From contig CBDANS010000005.1 of the NCBI GenBank assembly GCA_965197745.1, positions 32,001 to 96,000 of the forward strand: DNA of 64,000 nucleotides, given 5' to 3'. The stretch comes from Opitutales bacterium. Lineage in GTDB: Bacteria > Verrucomicrobiota > Verrucomicrobiia > Opitutales > PNEW01. The notes below the pieces were generated by a model, which was not told where the DNA came from, ran no database searches, and saw only the letters and a program-made list of their open reading frames with translations. A program made the position numbers and the translations under genes. This document shows positions 28,890 to 39,433 of this stretch, in pieces (position 1 is the first letter of the stretch; each line of letters opens with the position of its first letter).

Positions 28890-29834
28890 TTAAACCGTTT
28901 TTAATTCTTCTTCCAGGGATCCACTTTCACAGTCATAGTAGCCAAACTCCCGCTTGTATTCCAGCCATTTTGCGCGCAGGGGGCTTTGAATGGGGTTCTT
29001 ATCATATTCCGATTTAGGCTCAGGTTCCTTTCCTTCTTTAGAATAATTTTTGCTCAGGACTTTACTATGCATGTAAGTTTCACGAAGTTCCTGGGCCTGA
29101 TCCTCGGTGCGTGGATAAGCATAGTATCCAGCGGCAATCATCGGTCTTCCGCTCTTGCCACCGAAACTGGCATGCCAGCAACTGTGGTTAAAAATCAGGA
29201 CATCCCCCGGCTCTGTGGCGCAGACAAATCCTGGAAGGTTGCGAACATTTTCTGCTTCGGTAATTCCCGGTATTTTTCGGAGCTCTCCATAAAAGGGTTG
29301 TCTATGACTTCTTGGAAGAACGCGAAGGGCTCCCGTGTCACTATCAACTTTTTCTAAATACAAGGCGAACTTACACCCAAAATTGTGATTTGAATACCGG
29401 CTGTATTCCATTGGCTTATCAATCACCGCCGTTTTATACCGACCATCGGGAACCCGGTCGGGGTGCCAACGCGTATCACCTACGTAGAGGCACCCTCCAC
29501 ATTGGTTTCCTATAACTTTACCGCTCAAGAGTTGCTCAGCTATTTTATAATAACGCGGGTCCTCAGATAATACTGATATAGTAGGCGTGGTTGAATCTGA
29601 GAACGATAGGCACTGGGCGCGTTCACTAGTAAGAAGATCTTTTTCAAAAGGTTTATCTTTAAATTCCAACTCTACAGCGTGGTCGAATTCACTTTTGATT
29701 GTCTTCATCTCATCCTGAGTAAAATGCTTTCTCAGGATGAGAAACCCGAAGGTATCATAATACTGAACTTCGCTTCGGGTTAAAGCTGTTCTCTCGCTGC
29801 CCTGCTCTGAGGAATCTGCTATTTTATGAATCAT
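28890..29834 (-). CDS. PhyH-family Fe/2OG dioxygenase (tandem paralog)
   Basis: WHPD, GALRVLPRSH, PGDVLIF and WHAS motifs. Confidence 0.88.
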   Translation of the reverse strand: MIHKIADSSEQGSERTALTRSEVQYYDTFGFLILRKHFTQDEMKTIKSEFDHAVELEFKDKPFEKDLLTSERAQCLSFSDSTTPTISVLSEDPRYYKIAEQLLSGKVIGNQCGGCLYVGDTRWHPDRVPDGRYKTAVIDKPMEYSRYSNHNFGCKFALYLEKVDSDTGALRVLPRSHRQPFYGELRKIPGITEAENVRNLPGFVCATEPGDVLIFNHSCWHASFGGKSGRPMIAAGYYAYPRTEDQAQELRETYMHSKVLSKNYSKEGKEPEPKSEYDKNPIQSPLRAKWLEYKREFGYYDCESGSLEEELKTV

Positions 29835-30487
29835 AATATAAACAACTGCTAATATGTATAATGAAATGATGGACCTAATTAAATTATCAAATGCATAGTA
29901 GTCCTATTAATTTATATATTCAAACCAATTAGCACGTATCCTCAATTACATATAAGCAGGTTATACCTTCACCGCGCTCACCGAATATTATTAAATTCCG
30001 ATATCTCTTAGAGCCTTCTGAGATTAACATAATGGGTCATTTCTGTGGCTCGTGGTACTCATTACATAGTTTTATAAATATTTAATAGATATGCTCTTAT
30101 ATAAATATCATGACAGCACAGTGGATGCGGATAATTTTTTATTGCCATAAGCACTTAAGTCTTTGAGAGGAATGCCGTATAGCTATATAGACTGTCGAAT
30201 TATCCAATAGCTATTACATGAATCGCAAGGCGCCAGCGTCAATTGACGGAGAATCTGATATTGGGGCAGGTTTAAATTATTCATTGGAATCGTCTTCCGG
30301 AAATAAAATAAGCAATTACTACCCCTTTATCTTGATACGCCCGGGAAAAGTAGAATCAGGAATTGAGTTATCGGGGGATCCAGATTATCCCGACGCAACG
30401 GTAATTAATAAATTAGCACTGTATTTTACCGAAAAGTTATTTACCGAGGAGAGCGATCCTGTTTAGGGTGAAAAAAGACGCCTCTTT

Positions 30488-30982
30488 TTATTTTAAGGTG
30501 AGTAGAGTTTTTCCGCGGGTCAAGGTTCCTTCGCTGTGTATACGCGCGCGCAAACCGCCTTCACCTTTCAAGCTTAATTCAGCGCCGGGGGCAACGGCTT
30601 TATCCATCCAATAACAGGGAGCACATTCTTCACTGCCAGTAAAATTCACTCCCTGAATGCTGAACTCCTGCCCAATAAGGGTGTTTAAATTTATACCCTT
30701 TAAAATTAGATTTCGACGAAAGATACTGGAAGGAAGATCGGGTTTATCAAATTCATGGCGTATCCGTTCATATATCGCCCAGTTGAAAAAAGTGATTTGA
30801 CCCTTATAACTTTCACGAAAGTCGAAATAGCGGTCTCCTATCAGCCCTTTTTCGGCAACACAGTCTACACTTTCTACGGAATGAACTGGATTCTCATTTC
30901 TCTCCATACCATGTCGCCCCTTGAAGTCATGGTCTGGTGAAATATAAATAGCAATAATTTCGATGGGGATGTCTTCAGCCAT
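30488..30982 (-). CDS. MOSC domain protein
   Basis: GLIGDRY, FRRNL, C.PC.WM and GGLRARI motifs. Confidence 0.88.
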   Translation of the reverse strand: MAEDIPIEIIAIYISPDHDFKGRHGMERNENPVHSVESVDCVAEKGLIGDRYFDFRESYKGQITFFNWAIYERIRHEFDKPDLPSSIFRRNLILKGINLNTLIGQEFSIQGVNFTGSEECAPCYWMDKAVAPGAELSLKGEGGLRARIHSEGTLTRGKTLLTLK

Positions 30983-31115
30983 TAGTGTGTATATATTAAT
31001 AAATATGAGAATTACAATGGCACTGTGAAATTGGGTCTGTGCTTATCGCGTATACTTTTCTACAGCTTACACTAGCTGACAAAGCCTTGAGCACTATCAT
31101 TTATTCTCGTTATGG

Positions 31116-31997
31116 TTAAGACCAGTGTTGGCTGATTTTTTTTCGCAAAAAAGCGGCACTCCGATGCATTTGATCCATTCCATCAACCCCATCTTCTATA
31201 CTGATCCACCCGTCGAATCCAGCATCGTGCAGCATTGAAAATATCTTATCATAGTCATTTAGCCCCTCACCAATTTCACCATGTCGCATACGACTGGCAT
31301 AACCTTCAACATTTTCTTCTTTGCGAAGGTCTTCCAATGTGCCTTCCGCGACATAACGGTCACTCGCATGCATGGTCACGACACGGTGTTTAACACGATC
31401 AAGCAGTTCCAAGGGATCTTCACCGGCGATGAGGGTATTGCTCGGGTCGTAATTGACCCCAAACTGAGGTGAGTCAATAAGATCGACGAGATCGCAAAAT
31501 ACATCGATATACTGGGCAAACTCAGGGTAGGTCCAGTAATTATCCTTATAATGATTTTCAAGAATAAGGGTAACACCGCGTTCTGAGGCATGCGGGATGC
31601 ATGCATTAACGGCGTCTGCCGTATAGCGCAATCCGTCTTCACGTGATACTTCGGGACGTCGTTGGCCGGAGAGAACGCGGCAGTAGGAGCCACCAAATTC
31701 AGCACACATATCAATCCAGCCTTTTTCCAGATTTATTTGTTTTTCTCTAAATGCTTTGTCGTGATGCGTGAAGTCGGGTGAGCAGCACATCATTGGAATC
31801 TCCAACGAATGGTCCTCAACCATTTTCCGGTAGTCGGCCCACTTTTTCGGATCCTTCAAGTCGATAATTCCTGTATAGAATTCCAATCCATCGACATCGA
31901 GTGTCGCTGCTAAATCGATCCATTCATTGAGCGACATTTTACCATTGATACACAACTCGTCCAAATACGCTTTGGGGAATGCTGCTAGTTTGGGCAT
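31116..31997 (-). CDS. Sugar phosphate isomerase/epimerase (AP_endonuc_2 TIM barrel)
   Basis: LENH, NYDPSN, HASD and WISIE metal ligands. Confidence 0.88.
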   Translation of the reverse strand: MPKLAAFPKAYLDELCINGKMSLNEWIDLAATLDVDGLEFYTGIIDLKDPKKWADYRKMVEDHSLEIPMMCCSPDFTHHDKAFREKQINLEKGWIDMCAEFGGSYCRVLSGQRRPEVSREDGLRYTADAVNACIPHASERGVTLILENHYKDNYWTYPEFAQYIDVFCDLVDLIDSPQFGVNYDPSNTLIAGEDPLELLDRVKHRVVTMHASDRYVAEGTLEDLRKEENVEGYASRMRHGEIGEGLNDYDKIFSMLHDAGFDGWISIEDGVDGMDQMHRSAAFLRKKISQHWS

Positions 31998-31998
31998 A

Positions 31999-32805
31999 TT
32001 AATTATCTTTTTTCTGGTCACCCTCTTTTAGAGGGATGCGACCGATTACGGGATATTGTTCAAGATCGATGACGCTGCCGGTAATGGGCCTGCTGTCATC
32101 ACAAAGCCAGAAAACGGCATGTTGCGCTATCTCTTCCGGACGTGTCATTTTACCGGTGGGGACGTACTCGGGTACCGGGTTATCGGACCAACCTTCCGGT
32201 AACCCCTCTGAGATTTTAAGATTATATTCGTTCGGAGTGATTACCCAGCCAACATTAAAGTGGGTAATCCGCACTAGGTCGGAAGCCAGTAAATTAGCCA
32301 GATTACGGGATTGAGTCATCAATGCCGCCTTGGCCATGCTATAGTCAAGTTGATTGGGTTCTCCGGTATAGGCGTTGATTGACCCGATATTTACAACGGC
32401 TCCGTTTGTCCGTTTTAAATATTCTATTCCTGCTTTTACCATAAGCAGTGGGGCCCTGGCGTTAATGGCCATGACTTTATCGAAAAGCTCAACACATGTG
32501 GTGTAGAGATTGCTTCGCTTAATATAGGCAGCGTTATTGACGATACCATCGAGCTTGCCATAAGCGTCAATCGCGGCGTCAATCAGACGTTGAGGCGCAT
32601 CGGGATCACTCATATCATCGATGTGAAGAACTGCATCACTTCCCAGGCTGGCGATGATTTTTTCACCACGATCTTTATTGCGGCCGTGCACGAGGACCTT
32701 GGCGCCATCAGCAGCACAGGCACGAACAATGGCCTCTCCGATACCCGTAGTGCTACCGGTGACAATAATTACTTTGTCCTTTAATCGCAATGCCGATTCT
32801 CCCAT
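31999..32805 (-). CDS. Short-chain dehydrogenase/reductase
   Basis: TGSTTGIG, NNAA and YSMAK motifs. Confidence 0.93.
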   Translation of the reverse strand: MGESALRLKDKVIIVTGSTTGIGEAIVRACAADGAKVLVHGRNKDRGEKIIASLGSDAVLHIDDMSDPDAPQRLIDAAIDAYGKLDGIVNNAAYIKRSNLYTTCVELFDKVMAINARAPLLMVKAGIEYLKRTNGAVVNIGSINAYTGEPNQLDYSMAKAALMTQSRNLANLLASDLVRITHFNVGWVITPNEYNLKISEGLPEGWSDNPVPEYVPTGKMTRPEEIAQHAVFWLCDDSRPITGSVIDLEQYPVIGRIPLKEGDQKKDN

Positions 32806-33665
32806 GCCGCTTCAAAATTCTTACGACTATTATTAATGACTTTAGCGGGGTCAGCCAACCATAATGAGTCTGGCAAGTCATCTATGGAAAAAATCTCCAG
32901 GCAGAAAGCGCCCCGGTAACCGGTTTTTTCTATGGCCCCTAACAAGCGGGGGAAATTGATTATCCCTTCTCCGCAAATGCGACGGTCGCCGGGATGCCGC
33001 GGTTCCCCTTTTGGCCAATCGCTCAGGTGAACGCCAAACAATCGGTCCCCCAATGCTTCTACGCGTTTATAAATATCCGGCTCGCGCCACAGATGGTAGA
33101 AATCCAGCATGAGCCCGAAATTAGATCGATCGACATCTTCGATCAGATCCATCGCTTCATGCATGGTGCAAATAAATGTATCATTATTCATAAGAACCGG
33201 ACTTAAAGGTTCATACATGATGCGCACATTTTTCTCTGCGGCATAATCTGCCAGTTCAGGATACATTTCGCGCGCGGTGCGATGTGCTGACTGAAAATCC
33301 ATATCAGGCGCGCTTCCCGTTATCGTTACTAATATGAGCTCTTCATCAGGGAAAACCCCGGAAAATAAGTCTATGGTCTGACGGAATCGTTGATGACGTT
33401 CACTCGGGTCATCAATGTCCGGGCACATAAAATCTTTAAAGAGGGCATGAACACGTGGCTGCACACTGGTCACCTTAAGACCACACTCTCGAATAAGCGC
33501 TAATTGTTCGCGTGCCTCTTCATAGTCTGTTGATAGTTTACGTTCACAGACCTCAATACCTTCAATCCCTAATTCATGATAAAGCTTCACATCCTCTTCG
33601 AATGTCTGGTGCCAGGTCGTAAATTCACTGACAGAAAAGATCGGTTTATCTGATTTTTCAGACAT
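32781..33665 (-). CDS. Sugar phosphate isomerase/epimerase (TIM barrel)
   Basis: YEPL, DFYH, VHLSD, R...GEG.I and LEIFS motifs. Confidence 0.88.
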   Translation of the reverse strand: MSEKSDKPIFSVSEFTTWHQTFEEDVKLYHELGIEGIEVCERKLSTDYEEAREQLALIRECGLKVTSVQPRVHALFKDFMCPDIDDPSERHQRFRQTIDLFSGVFPDEELILVTITGSAPDMDFQSAHRTAREMYPELADYAAEKNVRIMYEPLSPVLMNNDTFICTMHEAMDLIEDVDRSNFGLMLDFYHLWREPDIYKRVEALGDRLFGVHLSDWPKGEPRHPGDRRICGEGIINFPRLLGAIEKTGYRGAFCLEIFSIDDLPDSLWLADPAKVINNSRKNFEAAWENRHCD

Positions 33666-33674
33666 GAAGGGCGA

Positions 33675-34706
33675 CTAATCGATCTTGGGATCGAGGACGG
33701 CTTTTACAATGCGACCACTATGCATTGTTTCAAAGGCTTCATGCCATTCATGCAGAGACCAGATGCCTCCGACGATGGGCTCAATATCTAACTGTCCCGA
33801 TGCCAACAAGGCAATGACACGTTCCCAGACAGGCCAGTTGTGACTGAAACTTCCTTGCAGGGTTACGTTTTTGGCGACAAGTGGGTCCAGAGAAAAACCC
33901 AGCGGTTGCTTTCCCCAACCCACTTTGGTAATCCAACCTGCGGGACGGACAAGGTCGAGAGCAGCCTTTAAAGTCACAGAAACTCCGGCGGTATCGATGA
34001 CGCCATCAGCTCCCAGACCATCACGCTGTCTGGCCCAGTCATCAGCGCTTCCGACAATAATATCGCAGCCGTACTTTTTAGCCACTTGGAATCGATATTT
34101 ATCGTTTTCCAAGCCGACGATCGCGACTTCCGCTCCACACAGCCGTGCTATTGCTGCGCATAGAACGCCGATCGTTCCGGGCCCCAGCACAACGATGCGA
34201 TCACCCGGTTTAACATGAGTATTTTCGACGATGGCATTATAAGCGACGGAACAGGGTTCGGTCAGCGCAGCGTGTTGCATGGACAAATTGTCGGGCACTC
34301 TATGGAGTAATCGGGCCGGGACCCGGACATATTTAGTCATTGCGCCATCGACACCGTAGCCGAAACCCTTACGAGTGGGATCGAGGTTATAAAGGCCTCG
34401 CCGGGTCATCGGACTGTCACTGTCGATAACAGCCGCGGTCTCACTGACCACGCGGTCACCCTCTATCCATCTATCCACACGCGACCCGCATTCGCGAATT
34501 ATACCTCCGAATTCATGCCCGAGAATAACAGGATAGTTCACTTCCCAGCTATGTTGAGCCGCCCACTGGTGTAGATCGCTGCCACAAACCCCGACTGCGT
34601 GAACTTCCAGTAAAACATCTTCATCACCAATTTTGGGCATGGGGACTTCACGCAATTCTACACAGTCGGGTTTATTTTCGTAGTTAACTACTGCGGGTGA
34701 ATTCAT
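33675..34706 (-). CDS. Zn-dependent alcohol/polyol dehydrogenase
   Basis: GVCGSD, GHEF and GPGTIG motifs; the structural-Zn Cys cluster is absent. Confidence 0.92.
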   Translation of the reverse strand: MNSPAVVNYENKPDCVELREVPMPKIGDEDVLLEVHAVGVCGSDLHQWAAQHSWEVNYPVILGHEFGGIIRECGSRVDRWIEGDRVVSETAAVIDSDSPMTRRGLYNLDPTRKGFGYGVDGAMTKYVRVPARLLHRVPDNLSMQHAALTEPCSVAYNAIVENTHVKPGDRIVVLGPGTIGVLCAAIARLCGAEVAIVGLENDKYRFQVAKKYGCDIIVGSADDWARQRDGLGADGVIDTAGVSVTLKAALDLVRPAGWITKVGWGKQPLGFSLDPLVAKNVTLQGSFSHNWPVWERVIALLASGQLDIEPIVGGIWSLHEWHEAFETMHSGRIVKAVLDPKID

Positions 34707-34714
34707 AGCTCCTC

Positions 34715-35413
34715 TTAAGAGGTTGAACTATTATAACTATGAACTTTTTCACATATCAATCTCAATGATCCTTCAACGTCACCGGAAGCTGTTTTAAAAG
34801 CATCGGCATCAACGGTAAGGGGCGCGCCGAGGACGACGAGCGGGGCACCGTACTCCGGGGTGCGCATCGCTTCTTCGATGCTCAGGCCGCCTACGGCCTG
34901 GACGGGGACACTGACTGCTTCTACGACTTCCCGTAACTGATCGAGTGGACTGGGCGCTTTTTCTCCACGTTCGTTCATTCCACCACGTTCATCGTAGCCG
35001 ATATGATGAACAATATAGTGACACCCAAGTTCCTCGAGATGTCGCGCTGCTCCTACCATATCAGCACAGGCTAAATTATCACCCATCACCTCAATTCCAT
35101 AATCCTGGCAGGCTTTAACAACACGTATTATTGTTTCATCATGCGCTTTTGCCATCACCACCACTTGTGTGGCACCAGCTTTTGCCATCATTTCGGCTTC
35201 CAGGTAGCCCCCATCCATAGTCTTGAGATCGGCCACAATCGGGGTTTCCGGAAAACGCTCGCGCAGTGCTTTAACCCCATGTAAGCCCTCTGCGAGAATT
35301 AGCGGTGTTCCCGCCTCAAGCCAATCTACACCAGCCCGCATCGCCATTTCCGCGGTTTCGAGCGCTTCTTCTATATTAGTAAGATCGAGTGATATTTGAA
35401 CGATAGTTTTCAT
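34715..35413 (-). CDS. HPS/KGPDC (OMP decarboxylase superfamily) enzyme
   Basis: QISLD, WLEAGTPL and ADLKTMDGG (DxKxxD) motifs. Confidence 0.88.
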   Translation of the reverse strand: MKTIVQISLDLTNIEEALETAEMAMRAGVDWLEAGTPLILAEGLHGVKALRERFPETPIVADLKTMDGGYLEAEMMAKAGATQVVVMAKAHDETIIRVVKACQDYGIEVMGDNLACADMVGAARHLEELGCHYIVHHIGYDERGGMNERGEKAPSPLDQLREVVEAVSVPVQAVGGLSIEEAMRTPEYGAPLVVLGAPLTVDADAFKTASGDVEGSLRLICEKVHSYNSSTS

Positions 35414-35830
35414 GCGGTTTCAGGTCATTCCGGGGTAAAATTATCTTAAGTTAAGTTGGATCAGAGATGATTTCGTGCGCGGATGGCAAATATTAAATCA
35501 ATTCAACTTCAGCTAAGCCAGCAATTTTCATATTATTCGATTAGCACAATACAGGGACAGTGCTAGAAGAGGTTAATAAGATTACTATACTTGAAGATTC
35601 AGCCATCACGCTCCCATGGTGATGGGACTGATTCCAGGAAAGAAAATGGGAAATATAATGAAATCAATTTGATAAGACTTGCTAATTAATCAAATTAGGA
35701 ATAAATCAACCCAAAATCACGTTACCCCATGACTGTACTACCTCAATTCAGGATGCTATTTATTCATTAACCAAGAACAAGGTTATGGGCAGATCTTCAA
35801 ATAATTATATTTCCGCGAAAGCTTTTCCCA

Positions 35831-37432
35831 TTGAAATCGAGTATGACCCTATTGCCGTTCATAGGCATTCATTTTTTAAAGCGATTTTTTATCGTTATGG
35901 TCCTGATGTGCCTGCTTCTAAACGCAGCAGGGGCGGAACAGGTACTTGATACTCCGCGTGAACTTTCACTGCAGGAAGCGGTGAATCGCGCCCTGGAACA
36001 GAATCTTGGATTAATTATAGAACGCTATCAATCGGGCCTGTTCGAGGATGATATCACCTTGGCCCAATCGCAGTTCGATCCCGCCATCCGTATACGGAGC
36101 AACATTGATGAAAATCTGAGTCCATTGGCTCAGAGTACGTTGGATGGTGCGGACCAACCAGAGGACGACAATAGAAGTATTTTCGTAGCGGTGGATAAGA
36201 AAATATCTACGGGTGGAACAGTCGAATTGAGTACTTGGATGAACCGGTTTGAGACAAATTCTACATTTGCCATTATCAACCCCGATTTCCTATCGGAAAT
36301 AGCGATAAGTTTAGAACAACCCTTGCTCAGTGGGGCATGGCGAAAAGTTAATCTCGCGCCCATCGCCCGGGCGAAAGCGGCTCATTCTCAATCCATCCTG
36401 GAACTGCGACGGCGGGCCTTTAATGTATTGGCCAATATTGAAATTAATTACTGGAGAATTGCTTATGCCACAGCCCGTAAATTATTACAGGAGTCGAGTA
36501 TCGAAGTCGCCGAGAAATTATTGGAAGAAACAAAAGAAAAAGAACGTTTAGGCCTGGCTACCCAGGTAGATGTGCTCCAGGCGAGCGCTAATTTGGCTTC
36601 ACGGCGTGAAGCAGTTATACTTGCCTCACAAGCTATCGACGATGCATCTGATCGGTTATATTCGAGCATGGGTGAACTGGGAACAAATAATCCAACCCTC
36701 GTTGTTGACTCACTTCCCGAATCGGAAATTAGAGTCCCGGACTTTAACCTAACCTATAAAAACGCACGTGAACTCGATTTAGACATGCAAATCCAGCAAG
36801 AGATCATCAACCAGAGTGAAATTGATGTCACCGTAGCGCGTAATAGCCGGCTTCCAGATCTGGACCTTACACTCGCCGGTGGTTATCGTGGCCGTGATTC
36901 GGATGGATCGGGCTCTTACAGTAATGCTTTTAACGGTGATGGCTACGCCTGGAGCGCGGGTCTTGAATTTAGCATTCCCTGGGGCAATCGTGAAGAACGT
37001 GCCCGTCATCGGCAAACGCAGAGAGTTCTGGAACAGGAAGAAGTACGTCTCGATGATATAGAACAGGTTATGTTAGGCAATCTGCGTTCAGCCTGGCGCG
37101 CCGTTGCCGCGGGTAAGGAGCGGCTGGAAGCCAATCAAATATCAGTAGACGTCAATGAAGAGCGTTTCGATAAAGAACATGCCAAATTTGAAGCGGGAGT
37201 CTCCACCTTCCGCATCGTGCTTGAAGCTCAGGAAGATTTGGATGAATCACGATTGCGCCACCTTGACGCTCGCTTCGACTCAATCCGTGCGGTTGTCCAG
37301 CTCACTCGACTCGATGGGTCAATCCTTGAACGAAATGGCTTTGTCTGGCAGGATTTGGATCGTCTCAACACAGTCCCGACGCGTGTGGACATAACAACAT
37401 CTCCGGAATCTTCTGAAGAAGTTCCCAATTAA
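35831..37432 (+). CDS. TolC-family outer membrane efflux protein (start uncertain)
   Basis: Signal peptide; LSLQEAVNRALEQN; two OEP repeats. Confidence 0.88.
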   Translation: MKSSMTLLPFIGIHFLKRFFIVMVLMCLLLNAAGAEQVLDTPRELSLQEAVNRALEQNLGLIIERYQSGLFEDDITLAQSQFDPAIRIRSNIDENLSPLAQSTLDGADQPEDDNRSIFVAVDKKISTGGTVELSTWMNRFETNSTFAIINPDFLSEIAISLEQPLLSGAWRKVNLAPIARAKAAHSQSILELRRRAFNVLANIEINYWRIAYATARKLLQESSIEVAEKLLEETKEKERLGLATQVDVLQASANLASRREAVILASQAIDDASDRLYSSMGELGTNNPTLVVDSLPESEIRVPDFNLTYKNARELDLDMQIQQEIINQSEIDVTVARNSRLPDLDLTLAGGYRGRDSDGSGSYSNAFNGDGYAWSAGLEFSIPWGNREERARHRQTQRVLEQEEVRLDDIEQVMLGNLRSAWRAVAAGKERLEANQISVDVNEERFDKEHAKFEAGVSTFRIVLEAQEDLDESRLRHLDARFDSIRAVVQLTRLDGSILERNGFVWQDLDRLNTVPTRVDITTSPESSEEVPN

Positions 37433-37465
37433 TACTCATAGATAAACAGGTTGAAAGAGCAAACG

Positions 37466-38155
37466 ATGTTAATCAAACTGGAAAAAGTGCGCAAGATCTA
37501 CAAGATAGGTCACCAGGAATTGCATGCCTTGAAAGGGATCAACATCAATATTGATGAAGGCGAGCTGGTCTCAATAGTAGGGCCCTCGGGTTCGGGGAAA
37601 TCAACGCTTTTAAATATACTGGGAATATTAGACGGATTTGACGAAGGACACTATGAATTGGCGGGAACGATAATGGAAAAACTCACGGAAAATAAGGCCG
37701 CTTATTACCGGAATAAATTCATCGGGTTTATTTTTCAGTCGTTTAATCTCATAAACTTTAAGAACGCGATGGAAAATGTAGCATTGCCACTGTATTATCA
37801 AAATGTGAAGAGAAAGAAAAGAAACACGCTGGCTTTGGAATACCTGGAGAGAGTGGGATTGAGAGACTGGGCTGAGCACCTGCCCAGTGAGTTATCCGGA
37901 GGGCAGAATCAAAGAGTAGCTATTGCCAGGGCATTAATCTCCAAACCTAAAGTGATCCTTGCCGATGAACCGACCGGCGCCCTGGATTCCGAGACCTCTT
38001 CCGAGGTGATGGATCTATTTAAAGAAGTGAATAAAATGGGGATTACGGTCATTATTGTAACCCATGAACATGATATCTCCAAAGAGACAAACAGGATTGT
38101 CCATCTCATTGACGGACAGATTGAAAATGACGGGAATCCTGACGCACTCAGATAA
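37466..38155 (+). CDS. ABC transporter ATP-binding protein (MacB/LolD-like)
   Basis: GPSGSGKST, LSGGQNQRVAIARAL and ADEPTGALD motifs. Confidence 0.95.
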   Translation: MLIKLEKVRKIYKIGHQELHALKGININIDEGELVSIVGPSGSGKSTLLNILGILDGFDEGHYELAGTIMEKLTENKAAYYRNKFIGFIFQSFNLINFKNAMENVALPLYYQNVKRKKRNTLALEYLERVGLRDWAEHLPSELSGGQNQRVAIARALISKPKVILADEPTGALDSETSSEVMDLFKEVNKMGITVIIVTHEHDISKETNRIVHLIDGQIENDGNPDALR

Positions 38156-38178
38156 ATTATATAATAAAGCATTTAACG

Positions 38179-39423
38179 ATGATTAACCTGGACAAATGGC
38201 AAGAGATAGCCACCACCATCCAAAAAAATAAGATGAGAACGTTTCTTACGGCGTTCAGCATTGCCTGGGGGATATTTTTACTTGTTGTTCTTTTGGGGGC
38301 CGGTTCGGGTTTTCTCAATGGGGTGCTCTACCAGTTTCGTGATGACGCGATGAATAGTTTTAAAATAACCCCCGGGACCACGAGCATACCCTATAAAGGG
38401 ATGAAGCCGGGTAAGAAAATTCAATTAACAAATGAAGACTTTGAAAAGATCGCAAGCAATGTTCAGGGAGTTGAGCACATCACCGCGCGCTATTTTCTTT
38501 CAGGTGAATATCCTATCAGGTATAAATTAAATCAAGCAAGATTTACAGTGCGTGCGACTCATCCTGCCCATATATATTATGAGAACACGATTATTACTGA
38601 GGGCAGGTATCTTAATGAACTTGATCTAAAAGAACGGAGAAAAGTGGCAGTTATTGGCGCGAATGTCGTAGAGATATTATTTAAAAATAAAGAGCCTTTA
38701 GAAGAATGGATCGAGATCAATCAGATACCCTATAAAGTAGTTGGGGTTTTTGAAGACCAGGGAAGAGGTTTTGAAATAAGCATCATTTATGTTCCGATTT
38801 CAACGGCACAAATGGTCTATAACGGGTCTAATAAGGTCCACGAAATTTTATTCACTACCGGCACTACCAGTTTGAAAGACACCCGGTTAATGGAGAAAGA
38901 GACAACAAGCATCCTTGTTGAACACCATAAGTTTTCTCCCGAAGATCCCAGAGCGGTTGATGTTTCCAATAATAACGAGACAATGCAAAAATTTTTAAGC
39001 ATGATATCAGGTATAAAATTTTTCATCTGGATTATCGGAGTGGGAACGATTACAGCTGGTATCGTGGGAGTGAGCAATATTATGATGATTGCGATTAATG
39101 AGCGAACACGCGAGATTGGAATCAGGAAAGCGATAGGCGCTACTCCGGGATCAATTATTAGCCTGGTTTTACAGGAATCATTAGTCATTACCCTCCTCGC
39201 TGGTTATGTCGGGCTGGTCGCCGGAGTCGCTGTCGTTGAATTTGCCAGCTGGGGGTTCGAAAAATTCAACCTGCAATCGGAGTATTTCAGAAATCCCGAA
39301 ATTGATTTTAAAACGGTAATTACCGCTACAATTTTTCTTGTTTTCGCTGGGGCTCTCGCCGGGTTTTTCCCGGCCCGATTAGCCGCTAAAATTAAACCCG
39401 TTGAGGCGCTTAGAGAAGAATAA
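38179..39423 (+). CDS. ABC permease (MacB/FtsX family)
   Basis: GVSNIM...ERTREIGIRKAIGA and PARLAAKIKPVEALR motifs. Confidence 0.93.
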   Translation: MINLDKWQEIATTIQKNKMRTFLTAFSIAWGIFLLVVLLGAGSGFLNGVLYQFRDDAMNSFKITPGTTSIPYKGMKPGKKIQLTNEDFEKIASNVQGVEHITARYFLSGEYPIRYKLNQARFTVRATHPAHIYYENTIITEGRYLNELDLKERRKVAVIGANVVEILFKNKEPLEEWIEINQIPYKVVGVFEDQGRGFEISIIYVPISTAQMVYNGSNKVHEILFTTGTTSLKDTRLMEKETTSILVEHHKFSPEDPRAVDVSNNNETMQKFLSMISGIKFFIWIIGVGTITAGIVGVSNIMMIAINERTREIGIRKAIGATPGSIISLVLQESLVITLLAGYVGLVAGVAVVEFASWGFEKFNLQSEYFRNPEIDFKTVITATIFLVFAGALAGFFPARLAAKIKPVEALREE

Positions 39424-39433
39424 GATAGGAAAA

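Noticed and set aside
30218..30466. 82-aa ORF
   Set aside because: No motif or clear RBS; it could be real but cannot be supported from sequence alone.
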